Assembly (NCBI GenBank): GCA_048013815.1
Contig: CM106585.1
Span: 12,214,001 to 12,278,000 of the forward strand
DNA: 64,000 nt
Direction: 5' to 3'
Source: Setoptus koraiensis
Taxonomy: Eukaryota > Animalia > Arthropoda
In this document: in pieces, positions 11,507 to 23,700 of the stretch
How the letters are laid out: each line of letters opens with the position of its first letter
How positions within the stretch are numbered: the stretch's first letter is position 1
Program-made: the position numbers and the translations under genes
Notes under the pieces: model-generated
Told to the model about the DNA's origin: nothing
What the model saw: only the letters and a program-made list of their open reading frames with translations
Database searches by the model: none

Positions 11507-13129
11507 TTATTCAGAGGAAGAATCTGAAGATGAGCTCGACTCATCAGAAGGTTTCGGGTAGTAGACACAACTAAGATCTTGATAATCTCCATAGTGATCA
11601 TTGGAAAGGTATTTCACAAATCTAGCAGTCTCCGAATCTCTATATATCAAACTTAAACAGTTAGACTTTGGTTCAACAGTCAACAACTCCTCATCCTCGC
11701 CTTTCGCAATATAAGAAATGAACCCACCATGCTCGTGATCTACCTCAAAATCGTGATTGAAGTGTAATATACAATCAAGAGCATTGGCTTCATTGTTTTC
11801 CTCACTGTGATCATGTATTAAAGTATAGAAACCACTTTGCCAAGATCTGAATTCCATTTTACAGTCTGGTAGCTGTTCGCAACGATCACTATCTGATTCT
11901 ATACTGTCGTTCTCCAGGTTTAGTCCAGTTATTTTGGCCAACATGAGAAAGAAGAGATTGCTTCTGAAAATTCTGATCAGTTCTTGACAAATCTTCGGCA
12001 GTTGTAAAATTTCTGCTCTTTTATAATTCCTCAAGTTTAAAGGTCCAACGAGGCTCCAATTTTGTTTCTTTTTAACTGATTTGGTAAGAGCATCACACAG
12101 TTTATCGTATTTATCCTTAGCCAGGAACTCTGTCAGACTGATTTCGCTAGTTTCGGAAAATGTTTTGCTCACTCTCTTCCATGTTTTCTCCATCATATAA
12201 TCATGATTAATCCAACTTAAAAACACCTTATCCATTCCTTCATCGTCTTGCAATGGAATCATTCTTGGTATGGGATCGACTTCAATCCATTTATCATTCA
12301 CTGCTGTTTTTTTCCGAGAACCGTGAAACCAACCATTTATGCTAAGACGACAGCCATCTCGATTTTTAACTTCCTCAACTGCATGCCAAGACCTTTCTGT
12401 TGTTTTAAAGTATACTAAGCTGTTTGCTCTGGGATAAAGACAACTTTTGACAGTGGTAGGATAAAGTCTGCAATCGCGTTCATGTTGAGAATCTGATGAC
12501 AGAATTTGCAGGGCGCCGCCATCCTCAGGCCGCCAGTCTCTATCCACCAGGTAATAGATGAAAGCTACGAGCCTCCCTTTGTTTTTCATTCTCTTTATGT
12601 CGTCGTTGTGACATAGAAGATAGTCTCCACAATCGTATCGAGAGACAGTCATATCAATGTGGGAAGGGTCTAGATCCAGACCAATATCCTTTTCTATGGT
12701 CGGCCTAACAACCTGTTTGATAAATTTGATGAATTTATCTATCGCTTTAGATTTGCCACCCTTGATTTCCACAACGATATCTTTACTTTGTGCAAATTTG
12801 TACAGGTCGTTGTTCTTTTCATGTAGAGCAATCTGTTCCAATATATCGTTGCGTAGTTGATGCACCAGAGTTTCCTCTTTTAACAGGTCACTCATCAATG
12901 AAACTTCGTATGGTTCTTTGGTAACCACGGAACTGTTGATTTTCGAATCAGCACCGTATTTCGGTAGAGTACGTTCAACCGATTTGACTGGTTTTCTATG
13001 GTCAAGCTTAATCGGTTTGGTTTTTTTCTTTTTCTCCGTAAGCTTACTCTCTTTAGTGAGTTTGCTTTTTCTGTTGATCTTCAGGCCAGCGTCCAAGGTT
13101 CGGACCTTCTTCTTTTTGCCCTGATTCAT
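11507..13129 (-). CDS. OGFOD1: Prolyl 3-hydroxylase OGFOD1 (Tpa1/sudestada1 family), single exon
   Basis: Motifs: NDLYKFAQS, DYLLCHNDD (HxD), VAFIYYLV, DGGAL, SWHAVEEV, RLSINGWFH, and a second C-terminal double-stranded beta-helix domain (GFYTLIHD, EDEELLTVEP, LSLIYRD, FVKY). Lys-rich N-terminus. Confidence 0.92.
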   Translation of the reverse strand: MNQGKKKKVRTLDAGLKINRKSKLTKESKLTEKKKKTKPIKLDHRKPVKSVERTLPKYGADSKINSSVVTKEPYEVSLMSDLLKEETLVHQLRNDILEQIALHEKNNDLYKFAQSKDIVVEIKGGKSKAIDKFIKFIKQVVRPTIEKDIGLDLDPSHIDMTVSRYDCGDYLLCHNDDIKRMKNKGRLVAFIYYLVDRDWRPEDGGALQILSSDSQHERDCRLYPTTVKSCLYPRANSLVYFKTTERSWHAVEEVKNRDGCRLSINGWFHGSRKKTAVNDKWIEVDPIPRMIPLQDDEGMDKVFLSWINHDYMMEKTWKRVSKTFSETSEISLTEFLAKDKYDKLCDALTKSVKKKQNWSLVGPLNLRNYKRAEILQLPKICQELIRIFRSNLFFLMLAKITGLNLENDSIESDSDRCEQLPDCKMEFRSWQSGFYTLIHDHSEENNEANALDCILHFNHDFEVDHEHGGFISYIAKGEDEELLTVEPKSNCLSLIYRDSETARFVKYLSNDHYGDYQDLSCVYYPKPSDESSSSSDSSSE

Positions 13130-13783
13130 TCTATCCTAATAGTTGTAAAATATTGTATCTATACTGTTGTATTATTATTATTATTATATATATAATTAGT
13201 CTAATAGATTAAATGTATAATATCCGAGACAATGATGTTCACGCACTGTTATCATCTCATCCCCAGTTGAATGTTTACAATCTTCACGACCACGTGATTA
13301 CGGCGCGTGAAAATCCCTGAATCTGGCCACCGAATGAGCTTTTTAAGGAAGGGAATGTTAATACCCCAGAAGAAGGAGTATTTATTTTGTTCTCTGACAA
13401 TAGAAAGCCATGGGTGCGAGGGAGGCACAAGTGCATTTCCCTTGCGCACAAGTGAGCGCGTAATTAAAATTCCTATGGACTTCTTCACAATCAGAAACTT
13501 TGTTGCGCATTTGGGGAAAAAAACTTGATCTATAAGACAGGTACAAAAGTTCTCAATTTTGGCTAGACCTAGCGCTCATCCAGTTGAGAGCACAACAGGC
13601 CGCTAAGGGGTCACTTGTTCTTTGTTAAATTCTGACATGTTAATCACATATATTATCGACTGACTAATTGATGTGTATTCAAGCAGGCTATAATTAGCTA
13701 CGTCCAGTCAACTAGTCGGCAACCTTCGTGCCTCGGAAGAAAAAGAGGATCCCTAATTTAAACAACACCCCCTACCTCAGACC

Positions 13784-15880
13784 ATGTTATCCTTATGGAC
13801 GCTTTTGTACAATGTGGCTTATTGTGGTCTGGTGGCCTTCAATGTCGCAAACACAATCTTTCCAATCATAATGATATTGGCAATGTTTCTTAGACAATCG
13901 AGAGTCTTTTATTCATTCTTCAACAAGGTGAACATCTTAAACCATTGACCACTCCCACTCACTAATGGCCAGACAATTATATACTTATACCTGTTCATTT
14001 CTTTTATATCACCACATCAACAACAGGCTGACAAAACCTCTCCCATTAACGGAGGAGAATTAGTGGCTAAAGTGCTCAAATCCCACGGAATTGTTAACAT
14101 ATTCGCTCTACCTGGTGGACACGTGACGCCAATAAGTGTGGCTGCCGATAAGCTTGACATACGCGTAGTTGAAGTTCGTCACGAAGCAACTGCCGTTTTT
14201 GCGGCCGATGCTAGTGCCAGATTATCTGGTATTCCCGGAGTGGCTCTAGTGACGGCCGGACCTGGACTCACTAATACAGTGACCGCTGTTAAGAATGCGC
14301 AAATGGCTGAATCACCAGTAGTTATTATAGCGGGCGCGGCGGCAACTCTACTCAAGGGTCGTGGTTCACTTCAGGACATAGATCAAATGGCATTGTTGAA
14401 ATCCACAACTAAAAAATGCTTCTCAGTCACCACTACGAGGGATATAGTGACGAAATTAAGAGATGCTTTTAAGGTATCCCAGACTGGAGTTCCTGGTCCC
14501 GTTTTTATTGAATTTCCCGCAGACGTTCTGTATCCATATTCGGTAATTGCGAAACAACTTATGGAAATGTCTCCCACAAGAAAGAAATTTGGGACCAATA
14601 CACCAGCGACGAAGCCATCGCTTAAGTCACGTTTGGTTGATGCCTATCTTCAGTTCTTGTTGAACAATATATTTGCGGGGCTCGATCATAAATGGGAGAC
14701 GTCACCACATCCGATAAGTTTGAAATATCCGAAGAAATACCAAATCGACAAGACAATAGATCTTTTGCTCAAGGCCCAACGACCCGTTATTATATTAGGA
14801 TCGCAAGCAATATTGCGTCCGTTTGGTCCGAATATGGTCGCCGAATGCATCGAGAGGCTTGGAGTACCTGTTTACTTAGATGGATCTGCCCGTGGTTTGT
14901 TGGGCATTTGGAACGATATGCAATTCAGGCATGCTCACAAGGAAGCAGTCAGAGAGGCGGATGTCGTTCTTGTGTTGGGTGCTATCTGTGACTTTAGACT
15001 GGGCTATGGTTCGATATTCAGTCCTTCAAGCAAGATTGTTTGTGTCAACAGATCAAAATCTCTAGCATCGCTCAATTCTGGAATAATGTGGAACCCTGAT
15101 CAGATTGTAGAGTGTGATGTGGGCAAGTTTATAGTTGAAATAACGACAGCTCTCAATAATATATTTCCAACTAATGATGTCAACAACAATCCTGATGGAC
15201 TATTGTCAAGACAGATTGACAGGAACTGGTGTGAGAAATTGAAGCGACATGAACAAAATAAGAACGACTCAATTGATAAAATGTCACGTGAAAGCCCCGA
15301 AAAGTACTTAAACCCATTGAAAGTGATCAAGACTCTTGACAAAGTGTTTGAGAATGACGATAAAATTCTAGTTGCAGATGGTGGCGATTTCGTCGCCAGT
15401 GCCCCTTACATTCTCAAACCAAATGGACCCTGCCGTTGGCTTGACTCAGGACCGTTCGGGACTTTGGGATGTGGTGCGGGATTTGCCCTGGCCGCCAAGT
15501 TACTTTATCCAGACAGGAAAGTTGTCGCCGTAATGGGAGATGGAGCGTTCGGTTATGCCATTCCAGAATTGGATACTTTTGTCAGACAAAACCTCCCTGT
15601 TTACATGCTCATTGGCAACGATGCCTGCCGGACACAGATAGCAAGCAAACAACTTCCTGTCTTGGGGTCCACTGTTAGTTGTGAGTTGGACAATACAAAC
15701 TATCACGCGGTTGCTGACGGATTCGGGGCAAAAGGATTTTGGGTGAACTCGGATGAGCATCTCGACGAGAAAAAAGTTCTTGCAATGGCTCGCAAATGTA
15801 TGATAGACGATGAGAAAACTGTTGTTGTCAATGCTCTTATTGGTAAAACCAAGTTCAGAGATGGTAGTTTGTGTGTATGA
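13784..15880 (+). CDS. ILVBL: Acetolactate synthase-like protein / 2-hydroxyacyl-CoA lyase 2 (ThDP enzyme); 2 exons
   Basis: Exon 13784-13927 encodes a hydrophobic N-terminal anchor; exon 14027-15880 follows. Motifs: [70 protein letters not shown], and the ThDP motif GDGA...GND. Confidence 0.92.
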
Positions 15881-16155
15881 ACTTGGGGTCTCTCTTCGAA
15901 GATCAATGTTGAAGGACGTATTCTCAGCGTATTTCAACCAGGGAAACACCCGAGGAAATAATTATGGTCTGCAATTCGTGCTACACTTGTTCGGTTCGAT
16001 CAACCAGAGCGACAACATGAGAATATAAACCATTACGCAATACCGAGGGGCCGGTCACTAAGCGCGATATCGGGCAGTAGGCGTATCTAGCACGGTATGA
16101 AATTCTTACCGCAGATTGTATAAAATAAAGGCGTAGAGTTTGCATTTCGAGCAGT

Positions 16156-16272
16156 GATAAGCACTTAAATCCATTAAAAGCGATCAAAACGTTGGACAAA
16201 TTATTCGTTGATGATGATATTATACTAGTGACAGATGGTGGTTTTGTCGCTAGTGCCTCCAACATTCTCAAT
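16156..16272 (+). pseudogene. Relic fragment of an ILVBL duplicate
   Basis: Reads DKHLNPLKAIKTLDKLFVDDDIILVTDGG-FVASASNILN versus [40 protein letters not shown] at 15299-15418 of ILVBL. No start codon and no flanking homology seen. Confidence 0.85.
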
Positions 16273-17020
16273 GTTTAATTGCAGCCTAATTATAGGGAGC
16301 GCGCATCGAGTTAGAGATATGTTAGATTTGGCAAGCTTGTCAACTAAACGCTGCTGCAACTATTCTAATAATAATAAAAGACACAGTTGTGGAGTTGTCT
16401 AATCTGCATATATATCAAAGCCCATAATGATTGTTCATTGTTTGTCTGCTTGTCCAAGGCCATGTTGCCTATGTTTATGAATGCTGGCTCAATCATATCA
16501 TGAATAATAATAATAATGCTTATAGCAATCAAGAAATCTTATAATTGCCCAACTTATAGTTGAATCAACGTTTCGGTTGTTCTTAGCCTCTTTCACAAGT
16601 CGAGATTCTCCCACTCTCTTTAAAGCTGCAATGAAGTTACATCAACTGGATGATTGTATCACAACCGATCACACGTGTTGCAAATATTACTACCGTAGTT
16701 TCTCATGATATCCCGTGGAAATGAAAATAGTATATCGATCCACCATTACAGCGCACTTATTTGTGGCTTGTCTGTTATCTTATATATCACGTAATGGCGA
16801 GCGTTTACGGTTCAATTCAAAGTGCGCCTAATAGAGATTGCATCAACAAAATGAGTAAATAGATCATCACCAAGTATAGGCAAAAAAATAACATAGGAGC
16901 AAAATATTCAACAAATTCAACCATCGCCAAAATAACTCTATTAATTCAAGTATCTGGTTTTGGATTAAAGTCCACCAGTTCATCAAGCAACAGTTTACAC
17001 ACTCAAACATCTTTGAGTTT

Positions 17021-17131
17021 CCTTATCATTCTACTGTTCAGAGTTACAACCTTACACGTAGGATACAATTTTTACTATCTTACTGGAAAGTTTTTCTTTA
17101 TAATGAATCTGGACGGAGAACTGATAAGGCC
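17021..17131 (+). ncRNA. mir-184: microRNA mir-184 precursor (mature 3p at 17110-17131)
   Basis: TGGACGGAGAACTGATAAGGCC matches the first 20 nt of conserved miR-184-3p (UGGACGGAGAACUGAUAAGGGC). The complementary arm CCTTATCATTCTACTGTTCAGA at 17021-17042 resembles known miR-184-5p (CCUUAUCAUUCU...). Confidence 0.9.
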
Positions 17132-17947
17132 ATAATAAGATGACAGACGCCAATGATTAAAAGATCTAAAATAGTTTTAGGGGTTTATTGAATGACACGA
17201 TCGTTTTTACTCAATCATGCATAGTAGAACAGAATCTATTAGTAATTCTTCAAGATAATAAGCACACAAATTGTTTGTTTATCTTCTTTATACTTCAATT
17301 CAACAATTGAATTCAACTGGGTCATTCAACAACAAGTAATGTCGTATTGGATATGGACAATAAGGAAACATTGGACTCAAGTGCTAATCTGCACTTGGAC
17401 TCTTCTAACATATGTCTGCAACATCTTCAATCTCTTCCTCACAGTTGAGGTCATAATCATACGTTTTTTTTTTCATTTGTACCTAGAAGTTGACTGAATA
17501 GTTTATAAATTGGTAATCCATTGGTTTAAGCTAAATAATGTAGAGGGATAACTCGTTCTAAATGAATTTATGGCACCACCGTTCAGAAGAAACGACGACA
17601 TTAACGTTGTAATGATGACAAATAAATGAAGATGATTCAATTGGTTGGCGTTATGGTGGGTAAATGCTTCTATACTATTAGTCATATCTTTTCTGATAAC
17701 TGATTCAATTCATGCTACATACAGCTTTCACGTTTACTCCTTGAATTGCATAGTATCCTTCAATTTTATCACACTAAACTTGCAATCAAGTTAACATCTT
17801 CGACGAAGCGATATTTTGTTATTTTTACTGAAATGATCTAATCTGGCATCAGTTATCATTTGATATACATCAAATTAGTCAAAATTGTGTTCAAGTAGTT
17901 TTCTTTCTTGTAAGTATATCTGGGGAAATTTTGTAGGAAAAAATCAT

Positions 17948-19769
17948 TCAACTTGCAACTTCGTAGGCCTCTTCCATTCCAGTCATTTGCACTAATTTAG
18001 GATCGAGAACTTTTTCATGCACATAGTGACGTAAGGCCAGAAGACATATGGTCTTAAGAGATGGTATTTTCAGCCAAATGCTTGTCAACTTGTTGTTACG
18101 TGAATCTCCGCTTTGATTATCGACACCACCGAATATAGTCAATTGCCCTTGTAACCCGATGCTAGCAGCGTGGAAGTAAACAGGATAGGGCATTTTTGGT
18201 GCAATCAGTGTCCATTTCAGTGTGTCTAAATCAATGTGCCATATATCTGGACAAATCTGCTGACCATCTGTTCCTCCGCAAACATAACAATCTTTGTTCA
18301 ATACGGCAAGTGAATGGCACTTTCTAGGATTAGGAAAAGAATTTGATAGATTTCTTCCGCTGGAGTTTGTACGCCAAAACGACCAATCACAAGTCTCGAG
18401 ATCAAATACGGGCAACTGTATTTTAGTTTTTGGTATGATTTGGATTGGAATAACAAAAATATCAATTAGTAACATGACTCTTTATAAATGCTGGGATGAA
18501 TTTAGGGTGTCGAAAGATTATACATTGGCCTAAACTTACGGTATCTAGTGAGTAACATTTGTTATTTGTTCCACCTCCAAATAGATATAGCTTATTATTG
18601 TAGAAAGCAATCTCATGCCTATACCTGTTACCAGGTTCATGCTCAAATTCTGTTGTTTTAAATAAAGGTGTCCATTTCTTGTTATATAAATTAATCTTGT
18701 GTACATCTAAACTATAACGAAAGCCATTAGTTCCTCCGATAATATAGATATCACCTCGGCTTTCATCTATGGCCATGGCCTGACCGTACATTTCTTGAGG
18801 GGTAAAGGATGGATCTGACAAAGGTTTGACAGTTTCCCAACGATTTCTTTTAATATGATAGATTGTTAGTTTGTTAGATGAATTTTCGCCAAATGGTAGG
18901 CCAGTGCCGCCATAAATGATGAGTCTATCACTGAGGAAGCCCATACAATGTGAGACTAGTTTTTCTGGAACATCCCCTTCAGTGTATAATTTCTCCCATT
19001 GTGTGGTGCGCCAGTTATATTTCCAAAGCTCTCTAAATAGAGGATTGTAACGAGACCAAAATGGATCCTCCGAGAGTTCAGTGTCGTCTCTGGCTACTTT
19101 AACATTGAATCCTCCGAAGGAATATAGGTCGCCTTTATCGTCGGCCACCATTCTATGGCCCGATCTCGCTTTAGGATTTTTGTCAGATCTAGGGTGTATT
19201 TCTGTGAATTCGAGCACTTGAAATTTGTACATGATGGCCTCGTCACCATTTTGTTGATCCTTGAATTTGCTGTTGCTAGAGCTATTGCTGCAACTGTTGT
19301 TGCAGTCAATAATATTGAATAGTCTAGAGTTTTTGTTAATATTGAATAATGATTTATTAGCTTCATCAACTGGATGCCTGAGAGCGTTTCTGTTGTTTGT
19401 TGTTCTGTTATTACTATTGTTTGAGCCTACGCCGCCGCTGCTGCTGGCGCTGTTATCTATGCTGCTGTTACAGCTGCCAAATATCCGTAGATTGTCCATG
19501 AATAATCTAGTCCTGGATCTTATGTTGAGAATAACGTTACCGTTGTATCCGAGACTGTTGTTGTCGTTGTTGTTGTGGTCTCTGTGGTAGTTGACTGTGT
19601 TGCCTGTGCTGCTGCTGTTGTTGTTGTTGTTGGGACTGGCGTTGTTTGTGTTGTTTGTGTTGTCGTCGATATTGTTGTTGTCGTTATCATTGGTTGGTGT
19701 GCGTTGGTTGCTGTTTCCTCCACCCATCCATGCTTTTCTGTATACTTTGACAAATCTAGTTGTTGGCAT
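17948..19769 (-). CDS. KLHDC10: Kelch domain-containing protein 10 (slim-like); 2 exons, start codon uncertain
   Basis: Exons (19769 or 19232 or 20651)-18540 and 18415-17948, with a GT-AG phase-0 intron. Motifs: PKARSGHR, LYSFGGFN, LFRELWKYN, IYGGTGLPFG, YGQAM, IIGGTNGFRYSLDVH, RYRHE, LFGGG, PVYFHAA, IFGG, PSLKTICL. Confidence 0.9.
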
Positions 19770-20648
19770 AATAGTGAGGCGATGAATAGCGTCGAGTATA
19801 AAATTGTTTGCCAAGCATTGGTAAATAGTGACGATTGTGTTGAAAAGCAGTTGCGTTAATGATGTAGTGGCCGTCGGTCTGGTGGGCTGGCGCTGCGTCG
19901 GGTTCGCGGGTGCGCGGTCGAGGCGTGTCGCGGGCGGTGCGGCGCTGTCGCGGGCTACGGCAGGGTTGGCAGTGAGGGCTACGGCTGTCGGTGCGTCGTT
20001 GGGCCTGGATTTGTTGGCGGCGGATACGCGGCGGCGGGTGCGGCGACGGCGACGACTACGGCGATGCGGCTGGCCGGGGCGGCGACTGTCCACTGGCGAG
20101 GGGCGGTGGCCGGTGGCGGCGATATCTGTCGAGCTAGCTGGCGGACAGTCGTTGAGAGTTTCTCCGGCGACGCTCGTGACTGAGCAAGTGTGATAATAAC
20201 AACGCCAGTAACGACGATAATGCTGATAATAGCGAATAGTGAAGTCGCAGCGGCGCGAGAGGGCGTCCGCGAGCTTGCTGGCGAGCGAGGCTGGCGTCAG
20301 GTGGGTCCGAATGGCTGCTGCGCCCGCGACCACAATGCCCGAGCACAGTGATGCAATTACAATTGCAGCGGCGATATTTGTGGCTGGCGAATCGGTTTCG
20401 CTATCGGTGGCGTTTGTTGTGGCCTGTGCAATGTTGTTGTTGTTGTTGTTGTTGCTGGTGGCGAGATAAATTGTGTTGTTGGCGTGATTGTTGAGAGGGG
20501 CGCTAATGTTCGAATGACGACGATATTTAAATGACGATCTGGCGAGACGACGGTTCGCGTAGCTGCTGCAGTGAGTGCGATCTGCTGCTGCTGCCGCTGG
20601 TAGCCACAGTGCAAGAAACAACAACAACAAAACAAGCAAACAGCAATG

Positions 20649-20650
<2 letters not shown>

Positions 20651-20699
<49 letters not shown>

Positions 20700-20706
20700 G
20701 TGTGTG
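20651..20706. repeat. (GT)n microsatellite
   Basis: Directly visible. Confidence 0.95.
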
Positions 20707-23700
20707 AGCAGAGCGGACGAGTGGCCAAGTGAGCGCACAAAGCGAGCGCTCGCAGTGAGTAATACACACACGCTCGCTCACACAGGCAGCTACGCTCTTG
20801 AAAACGCAAATTGTGGCAACCCGTTAACGATGATGTAATGCTCGCACTTGATCCGTGCCCGCCCGCGCCCCTGACGTCCGGTCGGCGCAACGCTGCACTG
20901 GCGGACTGTTTCGCCGATTGGGCCGATTATCAAAAAAGGGCGCCCGTCTGATTATCTAATTATCTGTTTGAGTCTGTTTGTATCTTTTTGTTGTTTGTGT
21001 CTGTTGTTTGCACAGTGTGTGCGCTGCCGACACGCTGCTACCCACCCGATGCGGCCCGACTCCACGCCCCGTGCGGCACTGCTCGCTGGGCACCCGCGCT
21101 CGGCTGCCGTTTCACTGCCAATGCCGACGCTGCTGCCGCTGCCGCTGATCCAGTTACCACAAAATGGGCGATCAATGGCCGATGTGCGGTATGTGTGTAT
21201 TCGCAAACTGTGCCACCGGGACGCTGTGACGCAAAACTGTGCCACCGAGACGCAATGCTATTGAGAGCGCGATGCGATCTTGCAATTTATAATGGCGCAC
21301 ACGCTACGACGCAATTGTGCGCACCCTGCCGCCAGCGAGCTCAACTTGAACTGTTCAAGTGTGTGTGTGTATGTGTGCGCGCCTAGTCGCACTAACGCAA
21401 TGCCACCAACAGCAGCGCTGACTAGCGAGCACAATGGCTTGTCATTGACAATGAACTGGTGACTAGCGCCAGCAGCACGTGAACTCGCAACTGCCGTTGG
21501 GCCGCCTTTACAAGTTCGCTGGGCCGCCTTTACGGGTTTGCTGGGCCGCCCAAACAGATTCGCTGGGCCGCCTAAACGCAGGCGCTGCAACACAATGGAC
21601 GGATGCCACTGGCGAGACGACGCACTTTCCGCCGCTTCGTACACTCGGCCCAAACTCGCCTAACCAACTGGCTCCGCCGCTGGCTCGCTCTGGGCTTGGC
21701 GCCGTCTGCTGTCGGTCGTGTAGGTAGCGCTGTTGTCGCTGTTGTTGCTGCTGTCGTAGCTGTTGTTGTCGGTGTTGTTGTTGTCGGTGTTGTTGCGCGA
21801 TGAAAATTGATTGATTGCAACCAACGACGCACTCTTCTCGCCTGTATTCAAACTGACGGCAACTGGCTAGACGGCGTGCCCTCAGTTAGTTTTGCGTATT
21901 GTTTCGCGCTGTTGAGAGTGTGCGCGCTCGAACTTGGCCGCTCGAAACGATTATGACTCGCTGTCGCTGGCTCAATTTGAATGGATCGATTTGAACTTGC
22001 CGTTTCTCTTACAATGTTAACGCGCTGGCTGCCAGAGTGACTTGCGTGACCTCTCGACCAGCTTGAACCTGTTGTTTTGCTGTCACTGTTGCTGCTGCTC
22101 ACAATGTTCAACGGTCAAATTTGTTCGCCACTCTAATTTTGGGTTTGTTGTTCACAACAAGTGAAAACACTGATAGCAAAACGTTTCTCTACTGCGCACT
22201 GTCAGTCTTGATAGTCACCCGATGATCACTTCCGGTCGTCGGTCTGGTTGCGTCAGATTGGATCAGTTGATATGGCGAATGTGATTGGGTGGTTAGCACT
22301 TTGGGTTATTAACATGTGACTGTATGGCTAGTGTGTGAGTTGCTGCCGAGTTGCCGGTGTCAATTTCAACTGATTCTCACCGAGAATTTCTTGGCAATTC
22401 CAAGAGAGTGAGAGGCTGGCACACAACGATGCATACGGTTCACGCAAGCAGCGCTGCTGACTCGAGATTTCGTCACGAGTCAGCCCAATATTTTTGGCTG
22501 AGATAACTATTATATTGATATTGAGACACTATTATATCCGAGACACTCATTGAGCAGGCCACCGCCTCGTTTGCTCGATGCTGCTGCCGGCGCCGCCAGA
22601 GCCTCTGATTGCCGGAGCCGCGGAGCTGGCTGGTTGTTGCTGAGTCGCTTGTGAGTGGCAGTATTGACAATCGTTGTTGTTAGTTGTGGCAAGCTAGCTT
22701 GAGTTGCGATCAGCAGGCAACATCTTCGCACGCAATCTTGACGTAGACGCTATCGTGATATCACAACACACACTTACACAGACCATAATGCAATTTCATC
22801 ATGTCTTATTTACAGGCATCTTGTCTTGGTTTCGGTGTCGTCGGCGATACTGACACGACTTATACAAAGTTTACATTTCCAATGAGCTCGGCAGCGCCAA
22901 ATTGACTGTTGTTGTTCGGTTATATTTCTCAGCTCAACTCACTGATGAATTATCGCTATCTACTCCTCGCTTATTGTTATTGTATTTGTACACGCAGTGT
23001 TGCGGTGATGCAGCCCCATTGACACGCCGCTGGATTCGTTTGGCCGTGAATACTTTGTGACGTATTGCCGATAAAACGTTGTACATGTACTCATGGTGGT
23101 AGTCGAAATAAATGAGACAGAGACAGCGAAAAACTGCAGTCATTCATCGGCAAACGGCACCGCTATCAAACACTAATTAATAAGGCGCACGTAACAAACT
23201 GTGGCGGCGTATAATGCGGCGCGGTTTTCCATTGCGAATCGCGCAAACCGAATCGCTTATCGCGCCTCCACCAAAACAGGTATTTATCCGGCAACGTTTT
23301 CTCTAGCGCTCCTAATGCGACCTACACAGCGAGAGCCGGTCGACTTTATCGGGCTGCCGGAGATAAAGTCGTGATAAGCAGCGTTGCCAACAGCACGTGG
23401 CGCTTACGCTGCTGATATAACTAAGTTAACTAAACTGAGCCTAACTGGCTAGGCAACTCGGTCGTAACTTGCAGTCAGCCAGCCACATTTCTTGTCGCGG
23501 CTCTGGCTCGTTGCAACGCTTTCGAGCTGTGTCTTGCTGTGTCGCTGCTTCGTTTCCGAAACTTTTCAGACACTTTCGTTTCAATTGCCCTTAGCTAACA
23601 GTGATTAGCAGCCGCTTGTTTGCAGCCACGTAACTTGCTCTACAGACACGCCGTAATTCTCCATTCATGATCACATTCCTCCAGCGCCGCCAGTCTGAGT

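Noticed and set aside
15993-16000. GGTTCGAT resembling a tRNA T-loop / B-box
   Set aside because: No acceptor, D or anticodon stems could be built around it.
16656-16682. Minus-strand CNTCDRL*Y, reminiscent of a CxxCxRLW motif of Helitron-associated proteins
   Set aside because: Nine residues only, surrounded by stops, with no other Rep or helicase motifs.
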